From Vermamoeba vermiformis (Eukaryota), in assembly GCA_045837725.1 (NCBI GenBank), contig JBEWZL010000166.1, positions 310,001-374,000 of the forward strand: a DNA stretch of 64,000 nt, read 5' to 3'. The translations under genes and the position numbers were made by a program. Shown in pieces: positions 25,050-38,353 of this stretch. The first letter of the stretch is position 1. Each line of letters opens with the position of its first letter. The notes beneath the pieces are model-generated. The model worked only from the letters and a program-made list of their open reading frames with translations. It did no database searches and had not been told where the DNA came from.

Positions 25050-28000
25050 ATGAAGGTCTACTATACTTTGTACATATTTTTGTTTTGTTTTTTCTTGTTT
25101 GGCCAATGTAGCCATGTGGATGCCGTTACGAATACTGAAACAACGCACGCAAAGTTTTCAAGAGCCTTAGAGCATCTTATATCAACATCTGCGATTGGTT
25201 CAGAGAATCTCAAGAAGCGTTCGCAACTCGCGACTGACAGTGACAAGATTTGGATTTTCTTTGATTCCAAACTTCCTGATGGAACGCCTCCGGAATATCG
25301 CAACAAAGCATTATCCGATTTTAGAAATAATTATTTGACGAGTCGTGCTGCGAAAAGAAGAGCCAAGACGAATGCGGAAATATTAGACGATAATGATCTT
25401 CCAATATTCCCTTCATACCTCAGCGCCCTCAACCAAATTAAAGGATTGCAAATTCGATCGAAGTCAAATTGGTTAAATGCAGTATCTATTAATGTGACTG
25501 GCCCAGAGGTGTTGGAGCAGATTGCAGTCTTGCCCTTTGTCACTTTTATCGACCGCGTTGGCCAATTTAAACGTACTGTCGAATATAGTGAAGATATCGA
25601 AGCTGGTCATATTAATAATGACGATAAACGAGATGGTAAGTTAGTATAAAATAGCTCAAAAATTAATCAGATCCGCGTATGAGTCTGTCATCATACATAC
25701 GCTAACTGAATATTCTTAGTACACCAGTCAATTGGACTCGATTATGGCGATTCAAGGCCACAGCTAGACTTGGTTAAAGTCCCCGAAGCTCATCTGAGGA
25801 ATTTGACGGGGAAAGGAGTTGTCGTTATGATTATGGACAGTGGCTTTTATAAGGACCATGAATGCTTCCAAGACGCTGACATCATCGCTGAATGGGACTT
25901 TGTACAAGGTACGCAAAATTTGAAGCCTTACTAAGCGGAATTGAAATACGTACGGCATCCTGATCCAAAAACTCCGTTACACGAACTTAGACATGCTTAT
26001 GTATTCATATGACTTATATGGTGGTATTATAGAGGACGATAATGTTCAAGATAGAGACGGTGAAGGCCGAATGAGCCACGGAACTCAAGCTTGGTCGAAC
26101 ATGGGCGGCAGATGTCCCGGTACGTAACTTGAACCGATGCAGATAGCCATGTATTCATATTATATGAATAATAAGAGGGTCGTTGAAAGATTTACTTTGC
26201 CGGTCTACGAATTATAGATTCTAGTCTGATCCGTTCGATGAAATCAAAAGTTGAAAAATTATCGAGTTTTTCGTAATTTTGTTTTTAAGAATGTCGTTCA
26301 CATAATTTGTTAGTTTTGAATGAATATTCGTATCTTATATTATTTACGTTAGGTCACTTGTACGGCCCTGCTTATGAAGCAAGCTTTATTTTAGCCAAAA
26401 CTGAGGACATCCGCGTTGAAAATGTTGTGGAGGAAGATAGTAAGTAGAGTAACTTTAGAATCTTTGAAAGATATGATTTATTATCGACATTATCATAACA
26501 CAAATCTTACAACGCAAAGGCTGTTTAGAGGGATCCGGTGTGTATCGCACAGTTTCCGACAGCTTTTATTAATCTCTGATGATTGCGTTTTATTTACCGA
26601 TTAATTATATTATTATAGATGACGCTATTATTATAATTCGCCGTTCTATAATTACCACTTACTTAATGAAGGCAATCTTTAGATTGTTATGAAATTCTCT
26701 ATTAATTTGTAATTTCTCGCTTTAACGTGCCATCAGGTCAAAATTAACTATTATTCAAAAAAATCTTACTAATATACTAATTTACTATAGATTTTGTCGC
26801 TGCAATTGAATGGGGAGAAAGATTGGGCGCGGATGTGGTCAGCGCATCTCTTGGATACGATCAGTGGTATACTTGGAGTGATCTAAATGGTAATTATATT
26901 ATACCAGTATCTTATACTTTCAGGATTCATAAAATTTATTCGATTTACCTGCTCGTGATCTAAGGCTTTATGACTTTTCATTAATTTGAATTCAATCGAT
27001 TTAAATTTGAGCTCTTACACTCCCAATTTAATAAACTATAGTTGATATGCCCTAGTGACTCATAATATCGATATTTAGGCGTCAAGGCAGTGACTACAAG
27101 AGGAGTTAACATTGCCACTAAAAAAGGCCTTGTAGTGGTTGTGGCGCAAGGAAATTCGGGTAGTGGAAACAAAGTAAGTACTGTAGGTCATTTATATATC
27201 AGTATTGCCTATTTTTAAAGGCGAGGTAACGGTTTTGAGTACATCCAAACCCTTGCATAAATTTCAGCAATTCTTTATTCTTCCGTTTAAGTTAATATTC
27301 CCGATGATATTAGCATATTAGACAATAGGGAATATTAGTGCTTAATAAGCATCGCGCAGTGGATTGTACCCACTAGATCGTGAAATCTTAATTTTTCCGG
27401 CGCTGCTTTTAACTTGCAGATACTAATTATAACCAGCAATCAAAAGCTTATATTCTTTTTTTTAAATATCACGCAGTTATATTTAGTTTGTGACACTCGT
27501 CATCAAAATAGCATTAATTAATTTTGATAGATCCGCTGTGCACAAATGATGTGAGCGTATCCTGTGCACAAAATATTCGAGCTTTATCACGAGATACAAG
27601 TCGAATATTAATAGATAGATATCGATATTAATATCATTACTAGCACTCATATTCAGACCTTCTTTATCATTCATGATTGCTAATTTGCTTTGCATGATTT
27701 TTACGTGTGTTCGGTGGATCTTGCAAGATCCTCCGAAACACATCCAAATATACCTCTGTACTAATAACTGTGTCTTATTATAGGTCATGCCAGTACCTGC
27801 TGATGCATACCATGCAGTGGCGGTTGGTGCTGTCAATACCGGTGGAGATCTAGCGTCATTTAGCTCACTCGGACCCACATTTGACGGTACGTGCAGATCA
27901 GCTCCAGTGTTTTGTTTTGGTCACACAATATTAGCGTATAATATCGTTGAGATCTATAATATGCACACTAATCGTATTATCGAATAATCGATCACTGTTC

Positions 28001-29032
28001 GTAATGCGGGTGTGACAAAGTGATGCGGAGAGCGGGATCTAATCCAAAATTTTCACGCAGGTCGCATCAAGCCAGAAGTTGTAGCTCCAGGTGTTAGTAA
28101 TGTCGTGGCCTCTATTAACTCGCCGGAATCGTATAGCCGTAATAGCGGTACTTCATTCGCCACACCAATTGTTGCTGGAATTGCAGCGCTGATCGTGCAA
28201 GCACATCCAGACTGGACCAACTACATGGTACGTAATATCATATATTCTTATTATGTTGCAATGATACAGATCTATTTTGATTATGATCTTGTGCATCTCA
28301 TCCGGAGACGCATTTTGACACTTTGATTTTGACACTAGTCTATTTGTGACAGATCCGTGAAGCCCTAATGAAGAGCGCATCGCACAGCAGCACACCTGAT
28401 GTGAGGAGAGGTTGGGGTGTGGTCAACACGATTGCTGCCATTGACTACTCGTTCAGTGACAAAGGTATGAAATGTCATTGGATCTACTTGTCGGATTCCA
28501 TTCCGGTCTAACCGTGCTATTTCATTGTTAGCTTGTCTCGAGGGCTATTGCAAGTCATGTGACGCAGCACTTGGATGTGATTGCAAGGGTGATTTGTACA
28601 ACTTTTTCTGTGACGCACAACGCGTTGATTGTCGCTCGTTCTGTGAAGGCACGTGTGGCGATGACAATATTTGCAGATGCAGCAATAGAGTCGGTCGATG
28701 CGTTGTGAGTAAGTGTCACGTGATTTATTTGTCAGATCCACGCTCGAAACTGACCTTATGGCCCCATAGACATGCAAAGTAGCTGGCAGTGTCCGATCGA
28801 TTGGTTCAATGCAGGTGATGGCGTGTGTCACTGCGAGTGCGGCGCTGAAGATCCAGACTGCAAAAATCAAACATCGATTCACATGACCGTGCAACGAATG
28901 TACGGCTGTTCCGCAGGTCAGATCTGCAGTGCCGGTCATTGTGCGATCGCGAGCAATATGTCTAGTGTTGCTGTACGCACCTCAGTCTTGTGGGTTTTCT
29001 TTGCTTGGCTATTAGCCGCAGTATTAATGTAG
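25050..29032 (+). CDS. Secreted or surface S8 (subtilisin-like) protease with prodomain, Cys-rich C-terminus and hydrophobic tail
   Basis: Signal peptide; TGKGVVVMIMDSG (Asp), HGTQAWS (His), AQGNSG (oxyanion Asn), SGTSFATP (Ser); Cys-rich repeats; terminal hydrophobic segment. Confidence 0.9.
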
Positions 29033-29123
29033 ATAGAAATCGCTCATAGTGCATGAGCTATTCATGAAACAATAAAATATTCAGTGAAAAGAAGAACAGT
29101 GCTTTAATACGGAGTACTGATGA

Positions 29124-30496
29124 TCAATCGCTCCCGAAGTCCCTTCTGAATTCTGCTAACAGATCGAGTTCTTGTTGCGTGATCGAAGGCTTGATTTGGG
29201 TGAGAGCTAATTCCAAGTGTCGCTGCGATAATAATAGTCAGATAAGTGTATTAATGATAGATATGCCTAGTGTTTTACGTTTGTAATTTTGGGCACCAAC
29301 AACTTGTCTTGCGGTACATCGTTCAATTGCATGGGAGATCTCCCATTTGCGTCACCCGGAGAACACGGTGTGTAGTACTCTTTAACGTTGTTTGTGCCTT
29401 CTTCGAGTTGATCTGAAACGAGCTTGAAGTGCGTGGCATCCAACAACTATTTGGCACCGTTAAAAATTAGCCGGTTGGACCCCTTGACTTTTGATACTTA
29501 CAGTTCTGCAAATATTCATCGAAGCTTCGCGTACGAGGAGGGAAATTTCATTAGGACTGTAGTTGATGGTAGAATGACCTAATTTGGTAAAGTCTTCTTC
29601 AGTGAGATCGTTCGGCAGTGTCACCAAGTATTGCTTCAACAATGTGACACGCGTGTCAAGGTCAGGTAAATCGACCCATAGCCGTTGTTCAAATCGTCGT
29701 CGGACAGCGGGACATATGTTCCATGGCACGTCGCTGGCTGCTATAATATATACACCTTCCTTGCGTCGGTGAAAATGAACGAGAAATTGCACTTTGGCCC
29801 GGTTGTCAGGAACGGAACTTACTCCGTCGATTGATTCGATTTCATCAATGAATAGTATCGCCGGAGTATGGTCGTTAGCTCGAGTAAAGAAGTCTCGCAG
29901 CTTTCGCACTGCGTTTGCTTCTTTGGTGTACAGATCTGAACATTTAAGCGAAAAATAAGTGGCTTTGGCTTCAGACGCAATAACTTTTGCTAGCATGGAT
30001 TTATCTACGCCACGAGGCTTTAGAAATGTTAGAATTACGTTTAGAACTTAAAAAATAAGGAACTTACACCGTATAAGAGCGCTGCTCTGGGTAACCGATA
30101 TCTTCCAGTAAAGAGAAGAGGAAATTTAATGGGCAACAGGAAGTTCTCCATTAATCTATCTTTAACTTCTTTTGTACAATAGACTTCGCTCCATTGCACG
30201 TCTGGATAATATTGTAGATTTTCTAAATTGCGAAAATGGTCGATATTAATACTTTTAATTATTTTAGGCATCAGCTTACTTTTATAATGATATCTACAGG
30301 ATTTTCTGGCGTCATAATCAATATATTTGATTTTTTTGGCGTCCGATCTGCGTCTCCAAAAGTTGTCATTCGACAAAACCGTCCAAAATGCTTTGGCAGT
30401 TCTAGGAAGTATTTCTAGCAACGATTTATCATCACAAAACTCGCATATGAGTTCAATTAACTCCAAAGGAAGCGTTTGTTTGTGGTCGATCTCCAT
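29124..30496 (-). CDS. F-box + Vps4-like AAA ATPase, copy A (degenerate Walker A)
   Basis: LPLELIELICEFCDDKSLL...DNFWRRR (F-box); LPIKFPLLFTG; LYG|PRGVDKSMLAK; ILFIDEIE; AVRRRFEQR; ATHFK...TPCSPGD (Vps4 beta domain). Confidence 0.85.
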
Positions 30497-30564
30497 GACA
30501 CTTCAATCAAATTCGTTTTTCAAGCCGGGGACGCTTTTCTGGGAATGATTTTTATGCTACCAAG

Positions 30565-31962
30565 CTACTTTACAAAGTTTTCGGTGAACTCTTCAAACTT
30601 GGCTAATTCTTCTGGCGTAACTGTTGGTTTGACAGTATTAAGGGCCAGTTCAAAGTGCCTCTGTTAAAAATAAATATAATTCTCAATCGCTGAGTGCTTT
30701 CAATGAAAATAGAACGGACCTTTGTCATTTTAGGAACAAGTATCTTTGACGACGGAATGTCTTGCAATTTCATTGGAACCGGATCTGCTTCGTCAGCCGG
30801 GCACGGTGTTAAAAATTCAACGAGTTCTTCTGGATTTCCTTGTTTTTGAATTCTTTTAACGTATTTATAGTGCGTTGCAGCGGAGAACTGGCAATAGAAT
30901 TGAGTACAGATATTTTTTTGGAGTGGTGACTTGTGACACTTACGTCTTTAAGAGATATCATCGAAACCTCTCGGACAAGCATCGAAATATCATCGGAGCT
31001 GTAGTCCTTCGTAAAGTGGCCTAAATCTTTGACGTCATCTTCCGTGAGATCGTTGGGCAGTGTCGCCAAATGTTGTTTCAACATTTTGACACGCGTGTCA
31101 AGGTCAGGTAAACCGACCAATAGTCGTCGTTCAAATCGCTTTCTGGCACATTGGAACGAGCTTCCATGGCTTGTCGGTGGCGGCTACGACATAAATACCT
31201 TCTCTATGCATATCACATTGAACTATGAACTCCGTTTTAATTCGTCGATGTGACTCACTTTCACCATCAGGATGTCCATCGAGCAAGTCAATATCTTCAA
31301 AGTATAATATCGATGGTCCGTGTAGTTTTGCGTTTGTAAATACATCTCGTATTTTTCGTTCTGCATCTCCTTCCCACATGCTGAAGAGGGTTGAACACGA
31401 TTTTGAAAATAATGGAATTTTGGCCTCTGACGCTAGTGCTTTGACGAGCATATTTTTTTCTGGTCCTGTTGGCTGCATAGTGCATTAATTAATTAGCCTC
31501 GTGGGTTAGAACTTCGGTTTTTTTCTTACCCCGTACAAAAGTACTCGGAAGGGCAGTCTGGACGTCGTAAATAGTGATGGAAACTTGATAGGGAGGAGCA
31601 CGCATTCTCGTAATTGAAGTTTGACCTCGTCGTGGCCGATAATCTCGCTCCATTGCGCGTCTGGGTAATATTCGAGATTTTCTAATTTCGAATAATAGTT
31701 ATTTTAAAATAATTTTCGAGTTTATGGCACGCTTACTTTGGTAATTATACCTTATTGATTTATTAGCATCTTCTTTAATAAATTTAATATTTTTGGCGTC
31801 AGATCTTCTCTTCCAAAAATTGTCACTCGAAGTAATCTTCCAAAATACGTTGGCGACTTGAGGTAGGCTAACTAACAGTGCTATGTCGTCACAATACTCG
31901 CATATGGCTTCTATCAACTCTAAAGGAAATGATCCAAAGCTCGCAATGTGGTCTTTCTCCAT
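30565..31962 (-). CDS. F-box + Vps4-like AAA ATPase, copy B (1-nt frameshift near 31150: pseudogene or assembly error)
   Basis: FPLELIEAICEYCDD (F-box); LYG|PTGPEKNMLVK; ILYFEDID; ESESHRRIKTEFIVQ; LTPCPADEADP. The frame breaks after PWKLVP. Confidence 0.8.
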
Positions 31963-32474
31963 CACGATCAAAAAAACAAAAACTGCCGCAGTTCTTATGA
32001 ATAAAACAACTTCGATTAGTTATTAAAACAAGCGACAAAACAAAAGATTCTGTTCATCGTCGTAAGGCTCGCAGAAGTTTGGTCTGACAAGACAGTCTGC
32101 TTTTGACATGTGCCAAATGATGATACCGGCAGCAAACATAGTACATTGAACTTGACCAATGCAACCTCATCGGGGCGCTAGCTAGACACTTGAAGCTGTG
32201 GTGATCAGAGAACGAGTGATTGACAAAATAGGAATTTGCTCAAATTCGCGTAAATTCTGGAAACAAACTATACCACGAGTACAATTCACCGGCGCGTCTT
32301 ACCCAAAGACTCGCGAAATTTCAACTCCATTGCTCATCTACCCCGTAATTCACGAATAATTAAGTTTATTTGAACATCGCAACGTGGTTTCGAAGATAAA
32401 TAACCAGCAGCGTGCGATCATTTGAATCAACCAAAACAACAACACAACACAAAACCTCGTAATACTAATAAAAT

Positions 32475-33724
<1,250 letters not shown>

Positions 33725-33811
33725 ACGGCCAATCAGCACCCACCGACCTCTTGTTCATAGCATTTGTACATAGTTTGTAGTTAGTTTTATCTTAGATTTA
33801 ATACGTTTTGG

Positions 33812-35013
33812 CTATAAAACCAGCACTTCACTCTTCTTCAGATGCTTTACGCGTCTTTTCAAGGAAACTCTTTTATCAGTTTGAAATTTCTCGTCTAATG
33901 CTTTAGTGTCATCCATGTTAGGAATGATATTGTGGGCCAAAGCAACGATGGTTGCCAAGTGCCGCATGAGCTGCTGTCAAAAGTGACACGTGTCATTCGC
34001 TATTTCACTGCAAGCTGTTGACGTGCCACAACTTAGCCTTGTCGTTTAAGCTTTCTACCGTGGCAGTTGCCACAAGGCCAATGCTGAATAATGTGTCGGG
34101 CTTGTCGTAATTAGCTGAATAAAAAAAAGTAAGTTTTTTTGAAATTGAACGGATGTGGATCCTCCTGACCTTTTTCAACCACAAAGTCAAGTGTAATGAG
34201 ATATATGACACTGTCCGACTCTTTAACGACACTCATTAGACTAATATTGCTGACGATATTGCGACTCGCGTCCACGATATTAGGCTCGGTGCTGATCGAG
34301 CAATTTTGATTCCAATTCGCTAATAGTTCTTTGTACTGATTGAACGATTTGCTCCAGTTAATTCCTTGGTCTAGCCATGCCCTGGTAAAATAATATTTTT
34401 ATTAATTAATGTCTAAAAAATAAGCGGTACATCCGGCGCAATTTTTTTTTCAAAACCAAAAGATTTAGTTGATCATATTGAAATATATATTATAGTCATA
34501 ATATTGATCTTACTTCGGCAATGGCTTTGGTCGTTTCAATCCAGTAATCGTACTGACGCAATTGAATTTTCCGTTCTCGTTTCCTCGGCACCACACTATA
34601 ATATCGTTCTGCAATACAGCGCATTTGATTTTATCGTCGGTCAATATAAAAGGAGGCGTTTTTTTCAGCGTTACAAGCTGTGCAAAAGTCGTTTGGCGGA
34701 GCGTAATCCCATAAAAGGGAAATAATCGAATGCTATCTATTAAAAATTAACAATCTAGTATTTAATATTCATATTTTGTTGACTTACGTCGATAATATTG
34801 CTTCCAAGATTTATTTTCGGGTTTTAAGCTGAGATCAAGATTTTTTCTTGCGCATCTTCGTTTCCAAAAGCTTCCTTCATCGTTTAATATCCTTCTAAAT
34901 AGCTTTGATACTAAAGGCAATACCGTATACAATATCTTCTCTTCACACAAGTCGCAGATTAGCTCCCAAACTTCATTAGGCACGTTGGGCCAACCAAAGT
35001 CTTGAATCTCCAT
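33812..35013 (-). CDS. F-box protein with unrecognised C-terminal domain (about 5 exons)
   Basis: VPNEVWELICDLCEEKILYTVLPLVSKLFRRILNDEGSFWKRRC...KSWKQYY; downstream exons splice in frame to a stop at 33812. Confidence 0.7.
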
Positions 35014-35291
35014 GTCTAATACTACTACGCTATCTATAATAAATATTGATTGGCGTCATTGATAGATTCGTGGTATTGTTTCCAATCAATTAAGTAAAAT
35101 CAAAAATGTTTACGTGGCACAGAGATTTAAAATGCCAACCTTATGATCATATTATTATAACAAAGCATAATATCAAGGCGTAAGACCTATATGCTGTAGA
35201 CAAAAAAAAAGGTGATTGAGCCCGAGTGCACCTAATTGAAAGCCGAACGAAACGAGTTGATGATATTTTCATAGGAGATTAGTTCGAGCTT

Positions 35292-35360
35292 CATACGGAT
35301 GCAGCCCAGAGTTGAGTAGGAGTTGAGTTGAGTAGGAGTTTTTAGGACTGCATCCTTATG
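35292..35360. repeat. Small inverted-repeat element enclosing a GAGTTGAGTAG tandem repeat
   Basis: CATAcGGATGCAG (35292-35304) / CTGCATCCtTATG (35348-35360) flank gagttgagtag-gagtt-gagttgagtag-gagtt. Confidence 0.6.
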
Positions 35361-35594
35361 GCGCACAAGTGGGCATTTGAGCACCTCGAAAGCAAGTTGG
35401 CGCGGATCTGGCGATTATAGCGAAAACAAATCAGCCCCGATTTCGTTATGGTAACAAAGACCTCAGATTTTGGTTTTGATCAGGTTGCTGCGTCACCATT
35501 ATCCCAGAATTTGATATTACAGCGAGATTTTCAGCAGTTTTCATCGAAATCTCAGTGAAATCGCCGGTTGGACCTTGATTTTAGTTAGCTTATT

Positions 35595-38253
35595 TTACTT
35601 CTCTAGCGACTTTAGAATGACATAGATAGCGTATGCACCAGGATCTATTTATAAGAAATGCGTTACAAAAGATTCGAAAGTGAGATCAAAATCAGAAGAC
35701 GTTTTTTTGCTTACCTGCGTAGCCAAGCACTCTCTCGCGCAAGTAAGTCGATCGTCCTCTTCGGGCAATAAGTTGCTTAGTCTTTTCTGTGCCTTCGTGG
35801 GCCGCATCCGCCGCACTTTTTATGATTTCTTGGGTGTTATTTCCGTTTGCTTGTGATGCCTTGAGAGCCCTCAAAGCAGGTTCTACAAACGAAATATTAA
35901 CAATTAAATATAGACGTACCTCTCTTTGCTTATTTAATTTACCTAAAGCATCAATCATTGTTCGATCTCCTTCTTGCGCACCACCCAACTCTTTTATTCC
36001 TTGTAATCCCGCCTAATAAATTATATTAGGTAACTAGCGATCTTATAAATTTCATTCCACGCACTTCAAATGCTTTGGTCCACGAGGTAAGAGCGACATC
36101 CGTAAGTTGTTGCGAGGCACGAATCAAAAACAGCCTACTCAGATTAAATATGTATACTATAATATCATTACAATCTTACGCGTAAAGAGGTCCAGAAGTT
36201 CCTCCGAGGCACTGACGGAGCTTCAAGGCCAACTGCTTTAGGTAATTGGATGCGCTTGTCTTGCCGAGGCCGTTCAACCAAGCTAATACTTCTTTGCTGG
36301 CAGACTCGAGGTTGATCTAAAGAATAAATATAACCATAAGCAACTATCATCATATTGTTATGAGTGTCATGGAACTTACTCCCAAATCACCATCGCCAAC
36401 AATTTTGTCCTAAATAATAAGCGTGAGCGAGGTTTATACGCAATTAATACTATAATACCATATCAGTCAATAACTGCGAGTTTTGAATGAGTGCGTTGCA
36501 GATAGCTTTCGTGCCTTCAACTAACACGTTCCACGATTGATCGTCGATATTATTATCGGACACTTGGTCTGTCGATTGAGCCTTTTGAGCGCTAATTGGG
36601 AAGTAAATATCATCAGCTGACTTATGCGGCTTATGGAGCCAGTTGTGAGGCCAAGCAGGAGCTAGCGTCGGCAAGTCCAATCTGGAAATTTCGTTATTTT
36701 CAGTGAACTATGCAATTGGCCTCTGACACTTACAATTGACACGTGACACTTTCACTCAGAGGCAGTACCGAGATAGAAACACCAGCCATCTCCAAACTGG
36801 TCATTAACGGGGCAACAAATAATCGCTCGAGAGTGATGCCTGACTTGTTCAAGCGTTCAATCACGTGACGAGCGATCACTGACATTTCCATATTTGTAGT
36901 AGAGCCGAGATTGTTAACAAGAGCAACGGCGTGTTTGTTGTTATCTTTGAATACTAAGTGAGGCAAGATGTGGTCAATGAGCTGATCCACAACTTTGTCG
37001 GCTGTTTGAAGTTTTTGTTTTGATACGCCAGGCTCGCCATGAATACCTTAAATGTACGATTAGTATCCAATTAAGATTACTACCGCGCATTTTCATACCT
37101 AATCCGACCTCCATCTCATCGTTCTCAAGAGCAAAAGTGGCCTTGCCAACTGCAGGGATGATGCAAGGCGTCAGACCCACGCCCATAGTCTTCACGCCTG
37201 GACCACTATAATTAGTCATTGCAACGCTGAGTATTATCCGATTACCGTACCTTGAGCTACGTGACGAGCAACCTCGGTGACTTCTTCAAGTGTTTTTCCG
37301 CTCTTCGAAGCGGCTCCAGCCAGTTTGTGAACGAATACTGTGCCAGCAATTCCTCGTGCACCAATCAACGAGCGATTGTCGCTGTTGTCCAATAAAGCAA
37401 CATCGTCGGCTACTATAACCATCTCGACCTAGAAGGCAATAGGGTGCATAAGAGACTGGTACCATGTCAATCATAGTGACGCTTCAGGCAAACCTTAAAT
37501 CCTTCGGTACGAGCCACTTCAGCAGCCAATCCAAAATTAAGTTTGTCTCCTATTTGAACAATTAATACGTACATTACAATATCAACTAGTTAACTATTAT
37601 ACCCGTATAGTTCTTGACAATCAAAAGTGTTCCTTTCGGACCCGCGCATTGTCTAATGGCTTCAAGAACTGCGTCTTGAGTTGGAGAGGAAAATACATCA
37701 CCTATAGGCACATAATACACAGTTAATACTCTTATAATCAGTATTGAACGTGGGTAATCGTACCGCAAACAGCAGCACTAAGACATCCGTCACCAATGAA
37801 GCCACCTGAACCAAACAATTAAGATAAAATAAATATAGTGGTTTATTACCGTGAGCCGGCTCATGGCCACTTCCACCGCCGCTAAAGAGAGAGTTAGATC
37901 TGACGCTTTTCGTGTGTCATTTAATTGCAAGAATTAATTTCTATTTTTAAATTGAACTATACCATAAAAAACACATATTTGGTCGTTTTTACGAGTTGAA
38001 TTTAATATCTGAATTTTTCTGTAAATCAAAAATATTTTACCTAATTAATGTGACTTGCGATTGCTTGACTTGCTCGATATCAGCTCGAATTAATATTCTA
38101 TGCTCCTTAATAAGTTTAACATTATTATTCGTCATGGCAAATCCTTCCTAAACGCTTCTGTCAGATCGGATTCAAGTGGATCAGAGTCAGACGGCTTACA
38201 AGCATCTCATTGACCACATTATGCGGGTCGTTAAGTAACTTTTTCATCATCAT
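35595..38253 (-). CDS. Dihydroxyacetone kinase / triokinase (DAK1+DAK2 domains), many exons
   Basis: [82 protein letters not shown]. Confidence 0.95.
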
Positions 38254-38353
38254 TGTGGTAATTTACTGCCAAATTATTTGGAAAAACAAACCCAAAAAAA
38301 AGAAAATTGCTCGCGATCGAAAAACTAGCGTAATTTATGCAATTACAAAGCGA

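Noticed and set aside
31690-31740. AAA-TAA Euplotes-like +1 frameshift after the F-box in copy B
   Set aside because: Fully explained by a canonical GTAAGC...TTAG intron, also present in copy A.
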